Origin: a virus
Lineage: Duplodnaviria > Caudoviricetes
IMG/VR virus record: IMGVR_UViG_3300037851_000085
Coordinates: 1-25,144 of that record
Strand: one strand, 5' to 3'
DNA: 25,144 nucleotides
Positions 7,221-15,731 of this stretch are shown piece after piece (positions within the stretch are counted from its first letter, which is position 1; the number at the start of each line of letters is the position of its first letter). The notes below the pieces were generated by a model. That model saw only the letters and a list, made by a program, of their open reading frames with translations. It was not told where the DNA came from and did no database searches. A program made the position numbers and the translations under genes.

Positions 7221-9296
7221 ATGACTAGAGAACAGGCTACTAAAACTACTCGCGAACTATTAGTCAAATATGGACTCAAGGATTGGGGAGTCCGTCTTAA
7301 CAATAATCCTAACTCCTACTATCTAGGTCTGTGCGTTTATTCTGATAAGTGTATCATTCTGAATGGGCATCATATTGACTTGCATGGTCAGGGAAACGAT
7401 GCAGAACTAATCAATACGATTAGACATGAAGTGGCCCACGCGATAGTTGGACCGGGGCATGGTCACAATGAGGTCTGGGCAGATAAAGCAAGGGAAATCG
7501 GATGCGACAATACTCTTCCTTGTGCGAACGTCAGTTTGAAGCCTGAACTAATCGACGCAATCAGGTCAGGCGCAACAATTGAAGTAGAGTTTACAGAACA
7601 GGTCATTAGGACTCCCCATTACAAAGTGACCAGACTCCAAGACCGCTGTATCGAATGCGGAGAAGTAGCGAAAGAGAAATTTTCCTTCGAAGACGAAGAT
7701 ATAGAAGGAAATTTCTGTAAATTCATTTACCTCGAATGCGGACACGTGAAGAAACTAATTATTCCTCGCGCTACTCCCTTCGAATCGCTGGTCAGTAATT
7801 GGTGGAAAGATGAAGTCTCTACTTGTGAACATGAGTGGAATACATCCTCCCATACCAAGTGCGAGAAGTGTGGAGAATTTAGACTCTATCCATTTCAAGT
7901 CGAGGGAGCGAGATTCATCGAAACTGCACTAGCTACAGGTAAGGGAGCAGGCATATTCGATGAAATGGGATTAGGTAAAACTGTTCAGTCCCTCGCATAC
8001 ATTCGATACCATCAGGAATTGACGCCAGTTCTTTTCATCGTCAAGTCTGGTATCAAGTTCCAGTGGTTCACAGAAATTCTACGTTGGCTCTCTCTGGATT
8101 TTACGCCACAAATTATTGAGACTAGTAGGGATTTCATTATTCCTCGTCTCAAGGCGTATATCATCAGTTACGACCTACTCCGGAGAATGTCGCAGGACAA
8201 GATTGATAAGATTGCTCCAAAGCTAGTGATTCTCGACGAATGTCAGCAGATTAAGAATGCTGATTCTACAAGAACACAAGAGGTCAGAAAGATTATTCGC
8301 AATCAGGAAGTAAAGGTCATTCCTTTGAGCGGGACACCTTGGAAGAATCGAGGTTCTGAATTCTTTCCCGTCTTGAATATGCTGGACCCAACTAAATTCA
8401 ACTCTCACCAAGGATTCATCAACAGGTGGGTAGACAGATATTGGGAAGGCAATAGATTGCGCGAGGGTGGTATCAAACATCCTGCGCGATTCAAGGAATA
8501 CGTTAAGGACATCATCATCAGGCGTGAGAGACAGGAAGTAATGAAGCAACTCCCTGTAATCAGCAGGACTAAACTGAATGTTCAGTTAGAAGAAATTGAA
8601 CAGAAAGCCTATGATGATGAAGTCAGTGAATTTGTAGAGTGGTATAACGAATTCATCAGCGAGGGTCATGAATTAGATGGTATGCAACTAATGGCGAAGA
8701 TGGCCAGAATGCGGCATATCACTGGACTCTCTAAGATTCCTGCTACTCTCGAATTCGTAAATGATTTCGTAGAGAATACTGAACGTAAGATTGTAGTATT
8801 CGTTCATCACAAGGATGTAGGGTCAATCCTTTACGACAGAGTTAAAGAGAATCACGGGACAGAAATGCCAGTCCTGAAACTCTCAGCGGACTTGGATAGT
8901 GAAGCGAGGCACGAGGTTCAAAAGACCTTCAATGAGTCTCCTCGCGCTATTCTAATCGCTTCGACCTTGGCAGCAGGTGAAGGTCTGAATCTTCAGACTT
9001 GTGCAGACTGTATCATGCATGAAAGACAGTGGAATCCTCAGAATGAGGAACAGGCAGAAGGGAGATTTATTAGAATCGGCCAACAGTCTAATACAGTCAA
9101 TGCAACATACGTCGAAGCCGATGACACAATTGATGCCCACATTGCAGGTCTGGTGGAGAAAAAACGCCGTGCATTCCACGCGGTAATGAATAAGGGAGAA
9201 CTTCCTCGCTGGAATGAATCGGCAATGGCTAAGGAACTGGCAGATATTATCGCTATGAGGTTCATGGCGAAGAATAGGAAGAAAACTAATGGCTAA
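7221..9296 (+). CDS. SprT-like metalloprotease - Zn fingers - SNF2-family helicase/translocase fusion
   Basis: N-terminal IRHEVAHA...GHGHNEVW (SprT-type HExxH..H); CIEC/ECGH/CEKC; LYPFQ, DEMGLGKT (I), ILDECQ (II), LSGTP (III), GEGLNLQ (V), QAEGRFIRIGQ (VI). Confidence 0.92.
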   Translation: MTREQATKTTRELLVKYGLKDWGVRLNNNPNSYYLGLCVYSDKCIILNGHHIDLHGQGNDAELINTIRHEVAHAIVGPGHGHNEVWADKAREIGCDNTLPCANVSLKPELIDAIRSGATIEVEFTEQVIRTPHYKVTRLQDRCIECGEVAKEKFSFEDEDIEGNFCKFIYLECGHVKKLIIPRATPFESLVSNWWKDEVSTCEHEWNTSSHTKCEKCGEFRLYPFQVEGARFIETALATGKGAGIFDEMGLGKTVQSLAYIRYHQELTPVLFIVKSGIKFQWFTEILRWLSLDFTPQIIETSRDFIIPRLKAYIISYDLLRRMSQDKIDKIAPKLVILDECQQIKNADSTRTQEVRKIIRNQEVKVIPLSGTPWKNRGSEFFPVLNMLDPTKFNSHQGFINRWVDRYWEGNRLREGGIKHPARFKEYVKDIIIRRERQEVMKQLPVISRTKLNVQLEEIEQKAYDDEVSEFVEWYNEFISEGHELDGMQLMAKMARMRHITGLSKIPATLEFVNDFVENTERKIVVFVHHKDVGSILYDRVKENHGTEMPVLKLSADLDSEARHEVQKTFNESPRAILIASTLAAGEGLNLQTCADCIMHERQWNPQNEEQAEGRFIRIGQQSNTVNATYVEADDTIDAHIAGLVEKKRRAFHAVMNKGELPRWNESAMAKELADIIAMRFMAKNRKKTNG

Positions 9297-9519
9297 AATG
9301 TATCTCACTCAAACTGTAGTTAGAAACGAAGTATATGATAAACTCCCAAAAAAGGGAGTAATTCTTGGTAAAAATGCTTCAGCTACTACACTGGAAGGTA
9401 AAGTTTGCGTAGCATATGTAATTCGATGGTTCGACGAAGAATTTCAAACTTTCAGGACTGCTGAATTCGACGTAATTACTGGTGAATACTTGGGAGAAAT
9501 AGGAGATAAGAATGGCTAA
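9289..9519 (+). CDS. Hypothetical protein
   Basis: 76 aa; overlaps both neighbours by 8 nt, consistent with operon coupling. Confidence 0.65.
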   Translation: MAKMYLTQTVVRNEVYDKLPKKGVILGKNASATTLEGKVCVAYVIRWFDEEFQTFRTAEFDVITGEYLGEIGDKNG

Positions 9520-10441
9520 AAAGAATGTCATCATGGACGCGACTAGCCTGTCGGCCTTAATGTCGTGTCCTCGCATGGCAAATTTCAGATTCGGTATGAA
9601 TCTAGTTCAGAATACTGGTAAGTCCAACTCATTGGAAGTTGGCAGTATTATGCACACGATTCTCGAACATTATTACAAGGCTAAGATTCAAGGATTCACT
9701 AATTCCCAGGCCATTAGTATGAGCATGGCTATGGGCGAGACAATGATTAAGGGTTGTCCAGTTTGCACAGGTTCTACAGATGATAAACCTCTCTGTGGAC
9801 ATAAGCCCAATGAATTTCCCGGTTTACAGAATACGCCAATGGAATCATCCACCAAGCCTAATCGTGTGGGCTGGAAACATGTATTGACCACGGCGGAACA
9901 ATACTTTGAATTCTATCGCAATGATTCATGGGTTCCTCTTGAAGTAGAAATTGTTAAGGGAGAGGTTCTCTATGAAGACGATGAAATCAGAGTTCTCTGG
10001 AAAGCTAAGTTAGACCTTGTAGCAGATACGAATCAGTCAATTCTGCCTATCGACCATAAGACTATGAGTCAACGTAGAGATACAGTCTCCATGAATAATC
10101 AGTTCATGGGTCAATGTATCATCATGAAGACTCGTAATGTGGTAATCAATAAGATAGGATGGCAGACTTCTCTTGAACCTAGGGAGAAGTTCATTCGAAC
10201 AATTCTATCTTATTCTTCAGATAGACTGCTAGAATGGCAAAGTGAGATTCTACCATTCTATGCATATCAACTCCTGACATTTGTAGAAAGTGAATACTAT
10301 CCCCCGCGATTTGACCACTGTGAGGGTAAGTATGGTCCTTGTCCTTATCTTGAGGTCTGTGAAGCCAATCGAGATATGAGACAGGACATTATCAATCAGA
10401 ACTTCATTATAACAGACGAATGGAATCCGACAAATGAATGA
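9512..10441 (+). CDS. Cas4/RecB-like PD-(D/E)XK exonuclease
   Basis: N-terminal SCPR, GSIMHTILE, EVE...KLDLV...IDHKT, Q motif, and C-terminal C-x6-C-x5-C (Fe-S-type ligands). Confidence 0.88.
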   Translation: MAKKNVIMDATSLSALMSCPRMANFRFGMNLVQNTGKSNSLEVGSIMHTILEHYYKAKIQGFTNSQAISMSMAMGETMIKGCPVCTGSTDDKPLCGHKPNEFPGLQNTPMESSTKPNRVGWKHVLTTAEQYFEFYRNDSWVPLEVEIVKGEVLYEDDEIRVLWKAKLDLVADTNQSILPIDHKTMSQRRDTVSMNNQFMGQCIIMKTRNVVINKIGWQTSLEPREKFIRTILSYSSDRLLEWQSEILPFYAYQLLTFVESEYYPPRFDHCEGKYGPCPYLEVCEANRDMRQDIINQNFIITDEWNPTNE

Positions 10442-10670
10442 CAGACTTATGTTAGTTAGTGAAACTCTGGGTCAAGCGTTAATAGCCTTGGCTAAAGAAG
10501 GATTTAGAATTACCGCAATTATTGAAGATAGTGGTGAGTTTGCATTTATTACTTCAGACTGTTTCGTTTGTCACAGTGATGTATTGACTGATTTCATTAA
10601 AGAGGAGTCTATTCCCCACGCGGTTACACGAGTCAATTTCGAGAAGGTTGATACTCAAGGAATGAACTGA
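10434..10670 (+). CDS. Hypothetical protein
   Basis: 78 aa, coupled overlaps at both ends. Confidence 0.6.
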   Translation: MNDRLMLVSETLGQALIALAKEGFRITAIIEDSGEFAFITSDCFVCHSDVLTDFIKEESIPHAVTRVNFEKVDTQGMN

Positions 10671-10948
10671 TGGCTAAGAAGCGAGGTCATTTACATAAGT
10701 ATAAGAGAGTTACACTTGGGATGCGCGGTTATAAAGTATACCGATGCATAATCCCCGGATGTCCACACTATATCTCTGTAGACCTAGTGGAAAATTCTCT
10801 CTGTGAATGTAACAGATGTGGACAACCTATGGTAATGACCAAAGCAGCCATGCAATTAGCTAAGCCACACTGTCAAGATTGTACAAAAAGTAAGAACAAA
10901 GAGACATTCACAGACATTACACAGTTCCTTGAGGAGAAATTAATCTAA
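10670..10948 (+). CDS. Zn-finger protein
   Basis: HLH..C-x4-C-x-H, CECNRC, HCQDC; basic N-terminus; TGATG and TAATG coupling. Confidence 0.75.
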   Translation: MAKKRGHLHKYKRVTLGMRGYKVYRCIIPGCPHYISVDLVENSLCECNRCGQPMVMTKAAMQLAKPHCQDCTKSKNKETFTDITQFLEEKLI

Positions 10949-11736
10949 TGCCCACAATGGATTCAGTCAAATCAGACGCATTATACTGCATGTTCAAAGG
11001 AGAACCCGGAACTCGCAAATCAACTCAGGCACTATCTTTTCCTACGCCACAGTATTGGTTCTCGTGGGACAGGAAGATGAACGGTATGCTTCTTCCTATG
11101 AAAATTTGGGGAATGAATCCGAAGGAAGTAACCTTCGATGATTATGACGACTGGACAAAAGCAAGAACTAAACTTGAACAGTTACAAGTGAATTGTCCAT
11201 ATAAAACTATTATCTTTGATTCTGTAACTTCCTGCGCGGATATGGCTCTCCGTCAGGTTTTGAAGTCAAAAGGAATCGACTCTAAGAAAGGTGGTAAACA
11301 GATTGGTGGTATCACAGTCAATACTATCGAAGATTTTGGAGCAGAAGCGTCTGCACTGCAAGAGTTAATTGCACTGAGTAAAGACATTAGCAGTTATCAC
11401 AAAGTTCATGTCATTCTCATTGCACACGTAGTTCAGGCGGAGTATAGAAATACGGTAACGAACGAGACTCATGTATCCCGTTCTATTGTCACGGCTGCTA
11501 AAAGAGTTGCAGCCAAACTACCCGCTTACTGTGGCGAAGTTTATCATTTCAACATTGAGCGGGGATTCGATGCATCAGCAGGGGGCAGCTATACACTATT
11601 AACAGAACACACAGGAGACGACTTCGCAAGAACCGCATTACCACTACCACGTAAAATCTCATTTGGGGGTGATAAACTATACGATAAATACTTACTTCCG
11701 GCAATCAGTCAACTCAGTCAACAGTCAACAAAGTAA
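10948..11736 (+). CDS. Sak4-like / AAA_24 P-loop ATPase (phage recombination protein)
   Basis: GEPGTRKST (variant Walker A), TIIFDSVT (Walker B), HVILIAH; lies between an exonuclease and an SSB-like gene. Confidence 0.8.
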   Translation: MPTMDSVKSDALYCMFKGEPGTRKSTQALSFPTPQYWFSWDRKMNGMLLPMKIWGMNPKEVTFDDYDDWTKARTKLEQLQVNCPYKTIIFDSVTSCADMALRQVLKSKGIDSKKGGKQIGGITVNTIEDFGAEASALQELIALSKDISSYHKVHVILIAHVVQAEYRNTVTNETHVSRSIVTAAKRVAAKLPAYCGEVYHFNIERGFDASAGGSYTLLTEHTGDDFARTALPLPRKISFGGDKLYDKYLLPAISQLSQQSTK

Positions 11737-11746
11737 GGACAGAACA

Positions 11747-12136
11747 ATGCCTATCATCACTTACAGTGAAAAAGACCTCCTCCGTGGCAAGATTGTGGAA
11801 CCTGCATGGTATCGGGTTCGCATCGACAACATTGGTGAGGCTCCGTCAAAGGATGGTGGTTCTACCAACTATCCTGTCGAGGGTGTTATTCTTCGCAATG
11901 CGGATAGCGGAGATGAAACATTCGCGGGTGTTCCGATTGAGTGGAATTTCAATTCCAAGGCAATCGGATTCTCAGTAGGATTCCTTCAGGCATTCGGTGT
12001 GGAAGTCAAGCCGAATACCCGTATGGAGTTGAAGGCTGCTGAAGGACATGAACTCGATGTTTTCATCGAGAACGATACTTGGCAGGGCCGGATGAAAAAT
12101 CAGGTCAATCACAAGTATCGTCAGCCTCGTTCGTAG
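11747..12136 (+). CDS. SSB-like protein (DUF669-type OB fold)
   Basis: AAGGA RBS and ATG 11747. VEPAWYRVRIDNI...SKDGG...WQGRMKNQV pattern; usual partner position after Sak4. Confidence 0.7.
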   Translation: MPIITYSEKDLLRGKIVEPAWYRVRIDNIGEAPSKDGGSTNYPVEGVILRNADSGDETFAGVPIEWNFNSKAIGFSVGFLQAFGVEVKPNTRMELKAAEGHELDVFIENDTWQGRMKNQVNHKYRQPRS

Positions 12137-12137
12137 T

Positions 12138-12269
12138 TAATGGCAGTTGCCGTTTCTGTAGCTAAACCTATAACCTACAGGAATACTGAAGACTTCAAGC
12201 CCTAGGCCACGGCAGAGAGTGTCTGAAATGAAAGTCAGGATAAAGTGGTCCTGTCCGGCAACTGCATTA
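12138..12269 (+). ncRNA. Candidate structured RNA (multibranch)
   Basis: Closing stem GCAGTTGCCG (12143-52)/CGGCAACTGC (12256-65) encloses TTCTGTAG/CTACAGGA, GACTTCA/TGAAAGTC and CAGGAT/GTCCTG helices. Confidence 0.5.
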
Positions 12270-12291
12270 TTCGGAAAGAAGGAGACTCCCA

Positions 12292-12486
12292 ATGTTCGAC
12301 ATTTTCCGCGAAATCGAGAATATCTTTACTGAGCGTATGGCGTATTCCGCTCAGCAAGATACTACGGAAGAAACTGACGAGCCGGAAGAAACTGATGAAG
12401 ACTTCGACGATGAAGACTTCGATGATGAAGACGAGAAAGACTACACGGATGAAGACGAGGAAGAATCTGAGGATTTGCCGGAATAG
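12292..12486 (+). CDS. Very acidic small protein
   Basis: 64 aa, AAGGAG RBS; the C-terminal two-thirds is mostly Asp/Glu. Confidence 0.8.
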   Translation: MFDIFREIENIFTERMAYSAQQDTTEETDEPEETDEDFDDEDFDDEDEKDYTDEDEEESEDLPE

Positions 12487-12609
12487 TTAGTCTATGTTCT
12501 TCTCCAGAATGGTGCCCGCCACCGTGGAGAAATAGTTAGACTGTTCCGGCAATAGGGGGAGTAATCGACTTAGTTCTTTTAAGAACTGTATATACTGATT
12601 ACTCCCCTA
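12475..12609 (+). other. Two long tandem RNA hairpins upstream of the cold-shock gene
   Basis: TTGCCGGAATAG...CTGTTCCGGCAA (12475-12552, inner TTCTCCA/TGGAGAA) and GGGGAGTAATC...GATTACTCCCC (within 12553-12609, inner AGTTCTT/AAGAACT). Confidence 0.65.
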
Positions 12610-12628
12610 CTTAATGGAGACAACTTTA

Positions 12629-12862
12629 ATGGAAACGGCTACTGATACACGTGTCTTAGGTAGAATTATTAAGGTTTCTGAAAAGGGCTACGGGTTCATT
12701 ATTAGTAAAGATATCGCATTCACTCGAATCTTCTTTCATTGGACTTCACTTACTGGAGATACTGTCAATTTCAAAGAATTGAAACAGGGTATGAATGTAG
12801 AGTTTACGCCTGTTAACGTTCCTGAAAAGGGTTGGAGAGCTATTAAAATTAAGGTAGTCTAG
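12629..12862 (+). CDS. Cold-shock domain protein
   Basis: RNP1 KGYGFI, RNP2 IFFH, LKQGMNVEF, KGWRA. GGAG at 12616 favours ATG 12629 over 12614. Confidence 0.9.
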   Translation: METATDTRVLGRIIKVSEKGYGFIISKDIAFTRIFFHWTSLTGDTVNFKELKQGMNVEFTPVNVPEKGWRAIKIKVV

Positions 12863-12863
12863 T

Positions 12864-13106
12864 ATGGATATAACATTAGAAGATTATAGGATTAGAAAGG
12901 AGTGGTATAATAGAGTTAAAATAATGGCTATTTACCACCTTATCCAAGTATACAAAGGTAAGTGGACTATTAGCCAAACTGCTGAACATTTTGGAGTAAG
13001 TGTTGCATTAGCTAGTGAGAACTTAAAGATATTCAAAGCTGCTGATAAAGACCCTCGCATCTTTACTTGTAGGACTAGAGATGAGGCATTGAAGAAACTG
13101 AGATGA
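12864..13106 (+). CDS. HTH DNA-binding protein
   Basis: WTISQTAEHFGVSVALASENL helix-turn-helix pattern. Confidence 0.7.
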   Translation: MDITLEDYRIRKEWYNRVKIMAIYHLIQVYKGKWTISQTAEHFGVSVALASENLKIFKAADKDPRIFTCRTRDEALKKLR

Positions 13107-15556
13107 CTAAATATGTTCCGGGACATGGACCTATTGGCGCTAAACTAATGATTCTAGGAGAATCTCCCTCTTATACTGAAGTAGAACAGGGTAGGCCATT
13201 TATAGGTCCATCAGGCAGAGAATTAGATAAGCTGCTCAAAGAAGCGGGAATCAACAGAGACTCCTGTTGGCTGACTAATGTCTGCAAATATTTCGTTCCT
13301 GCTTCTAGCAAATCAGATAGAATTCCTTTTTCTATACGAGCTAAAAACGCGGGGATAGATATAGCTCAACAACTAGCAGAGTTACAGAATGAAATAAATG
13401 ATATCAAGCCTAACTGTATACTCGCGCTTGGTAGGACTGCACTGTGGGCACTATCAGGTGAGACTAAGATTAAAAATCATAGAGGGTCAGTGAAGTTGGG
13501 TATGGGAAGGAAATTCGTTCCTACCTATCATCCTGCTCATTTACTATTTCTGGCAGACAGTGAAATCAAGGGATACTGGAATCGACAAGTAATGGTATTC
13601 GATTTCAGACGAGCCTATGAGGAATCACTATATGAAGAATATTCCCGTCCAGTTAGAACTCTTTCCGTTTGTCGAAATTCAGCACAATTGGCTGGATTTA
13701 TCCAACGATACAAGGGATATACAAGACCTGCAATCGACATTGAAGCAGGCGGCACATGTTTGCCTATATGTATCGGAATCTCATTTACCCCTAGTGAAGG
13801 AATTACTGTCCCTCTATGGAATTGCGACGGAATTAGTAATATTCCCGACTCAGACTTAACATCCTGTTGGTTACTATTAAATGAAATTCTAGCCAACAAT
13901 GATGTAGTAGGTCAAAACTTTAAGTATGACCAAGATAAGATTCTTCGACTAGGATTTACTGTTCGGTCCCTCGCGTCTGATACGATGCTTAAAGCATTCG
14001 TAATCAATCCTGAGTTACCGAAGGCCCTTGCGTTCAATACTTCTATTTATACGAAGGAACCGTTCTATAAAGATGAGGGAATGTATCAGGGTTCCGCTGA
14101 TGACCTATTGATAGGATGCGCGAGGGATGCTTGTGTAACAAAAGAAATAGACCTTGCAATGGACAAGGATTTAGATGAAATAGGTCAGAGGGAATTCTAT
14201 GAAAACTTTGTAATGCAATTACATCCTCTTTATCTGGAAATTGAACAACTTGGATTCAATATTGACCATGATAAGAGAGATGCACTGCTCAAAAAGTATA
14301 TCGAATGGGATGAGAGACTTCGATATGAGTTGTTCCGTGACTTAGGATTCGAATTAAATACAGCCTCGCCGCTACAGGTCAAGAATCTGTTACATGATGT
14401 ATTCGATATTAAGACTATCGAGTCAACCGGCGAGGAAGAAATTACTGCACTACTGAACAGTCAGAAACTAAAAAATGAGAATCATCGTAAAGTCCTTGAG
14501 AAAATTCTGGAGCATAGGAGAGTTAAGAAGACTATTTCTACCTACATGATGGCGTTACCAGATTATGATGGTAGAATGAAGACTACTTATTATCTGTGTC
14601 TTGAAACTGGTAGAACTTCAACGGGACAGCAAGACCCACCAATCAGACCTGCATTTGAATATAAGGATTGGGAAGGTCATAAGAAAAATAAATCATTAGG
14701 AATTGCATTTCAAACTATCACTAAGCATGGAGATATTGGTGGGGACGTGCGAGAACAGTATGTTCCCGATAAAGGTGAAGTATTTCTTAATGTAGACTCC
14801 TCGCAAGCTGAAGCGCGAGTTGTCGCACTATTAGCAGACGACGAAGATACTCTACGGATGTATGATGAGCATGATATCCACGCGCTTACAGCTAGCTGGT
14901 TTTTCGGTGGAACTGAAGATGACTATTCTAAGAAAAAACTTGGATTTGAATCACCTATTCGATTCGCAGGAAAAACTCTTAGACACGCTGGTCACTTGGG
15001 GGCAGGAAAACGGCGTGCTGCTACAGAGCTTAACACTCAAGCGAGAAAATACAAAATCCCCATAAAGATTAATGAAGCTACAGCAGAACGGGCGTTGAAA
15101 ATTTTTCATATGAAATCACCTAAGATTCAACAGGTGTTTCATAATGGAGTAATCGAGTGTCTTAAACGTAATAGAACCTTGATTGCGGCGGTGCCATATG
15201 GGTTTGATATTAAATACGGGGGACGAAGAACCTTCTTTGAACGGTGGGGAGACGAGTTATTCCGTCAAGCCTTTTCTTACATTCCTCAGCGTTCGGTATC
15301 TGACAATACTAAGGGTGCTGCGATACGTATTAAGAAACGTATTCCATCCATCAAGATTATCTTGGAAGCACATGACGCTTTGTTATTCAGTATCCCTGAA
15401 ACTTTACTCGATGAATTCATCCCCATTATTAAAGAGGAGATGGAGCGACCGATAGATTTTACTCATTGTAGTCTATCGAGACATCAGCTTATTATCCCTT
15501 GTGATATGGAGATAGGATATGACTACTCGAATCTCAAAAAATACAAAAAAGGCTAA
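13103..15556 (+). CDS. Family A DNA polymerase with N-terminal family-4 uracil-DNA-glycosylase-like domain and 3'-5' exonuclease
   Basis: UDG motifs GESP..E..GRPFIGPSG, TNVCK, LGRTA, TYHPA; exonuclease DIE, QNFKYD, CARD; polymerase TGRTS, DSSQAEAR (A), RFAGKTLRH (B), EAHDAL (C). Confidence 0.95.
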   Translation: MTKYVPGHGPIGAKLMILGESPSYTEVEQGRPFIGPSGRELDKLLKEAGINRDSCWLTNVCKYFVPASSKSDRIPFSIRAKNAGIDIAQQLAELQNEINDIKPNCILALGRTALWALSGETKIKNHRGSVKLGMGRKFVPTYHPAHLLFLADSEIKGYWNRQVMVFDFRRAYEESLYEEYSRPVRTLSVCRNSAQLAGFIQRYKGYTRPAIDIEAGGTCLPICIGISFTPSEGITVPLWNCDGISNIPDSDLTSCWLLLNEILANNDVVGQNFKYDQDKILRLGFTVRSLASDTMLKAFVINPELPKALAFNTSIYTKEPFYKDEGMYQGSADDLLIGCARDACVTKEIDLAMDKDLDEIGQREFYENFVMQLHPLYLEIEQLGFNIDHDKRDALLKKYIEWDERLRYELFRDLGFELNTASPLQVKNLLHDVFDIKTIESTGEEEITALLNSQKLKNENHRKVLEKILEHRRVKKTISTYMMALPDYDGRMKTTYYLCLETGRTSTGQQDPPIRPAFEYKDWEGHKKNKSLGIAFQTITKHGDIGGDVREQYVPDKGEVFLNVDSSQAEARVVALLADDEDTLRMYDEHDIHALTASWFFGGTEDDYSKKKLGFESPIRFAGKTLRHAGHLGAGKRRAATELNTQARKYKIPIKINEATAERALKIFHMKSPKIQQVFHNGVIECLKRNRTLIAAVPYGFDIKYGGRRTFFERWGDELFRQAFSYIPQRSVSDNTKGAAIRIKKRIPSIKIILEAHDALLFSIPETLLDEFIPIIKEEMERPIDFTHCSLSRHQLIIPCDMEIGYDYSNLKKYKKG

Positions 15557-15731
15557 GAAAAAGAAAGAAGAACCAGTCTATCTTTTTTCTTTTGACGAAC
15601 TACTCGCGTTACATAGAACGCTAGTGAGCGAATACATCTCTTACAAGGACCAAGTGGCATACAATCTTGTAAAACAGATTTCGGAAGCCGTCAATGAAGA
15701 ATTGGTTAGACGAGCTAGTCTTACAACATAG
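15519..15731 (+). CDS. Small hypothetical protein with basic N-terminus
   Basis: 70 aa, GGAG upstream; fills the gap between the polymerase and the DUF3987-type gene with 38-nt overlaps. Confidence 0.55.
   Translation: MTTRISKNTKKAKKKKEEPVYLFSFDELLALHRTLVSEYISYKDQVAYNLVKQISEAVNEELVRRASLTT

Noticed and set aside
9512-10441. Cas4 as part of a CRISPR-Cas system
   Set aside because: No cas1/cas2 or array; it sits in a standard phage exonuclease-Sak4-SSB module.
11663-11746. TTG-start extension of the SSB-like ORF and the CAGTCAAC x3 microrepeat
   Set aside because: It overlaps the Sak4-like 3' end, a better RBS precedes ATG 11747, and the microrepeat simply encodes a low-complexity tail.
12186-12255. 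Hammerhead ribozyme (CTGAAGA...GAAA)
   Set aside because: Stem II would not close properly next to the core and stems I/III do not form in the required register.
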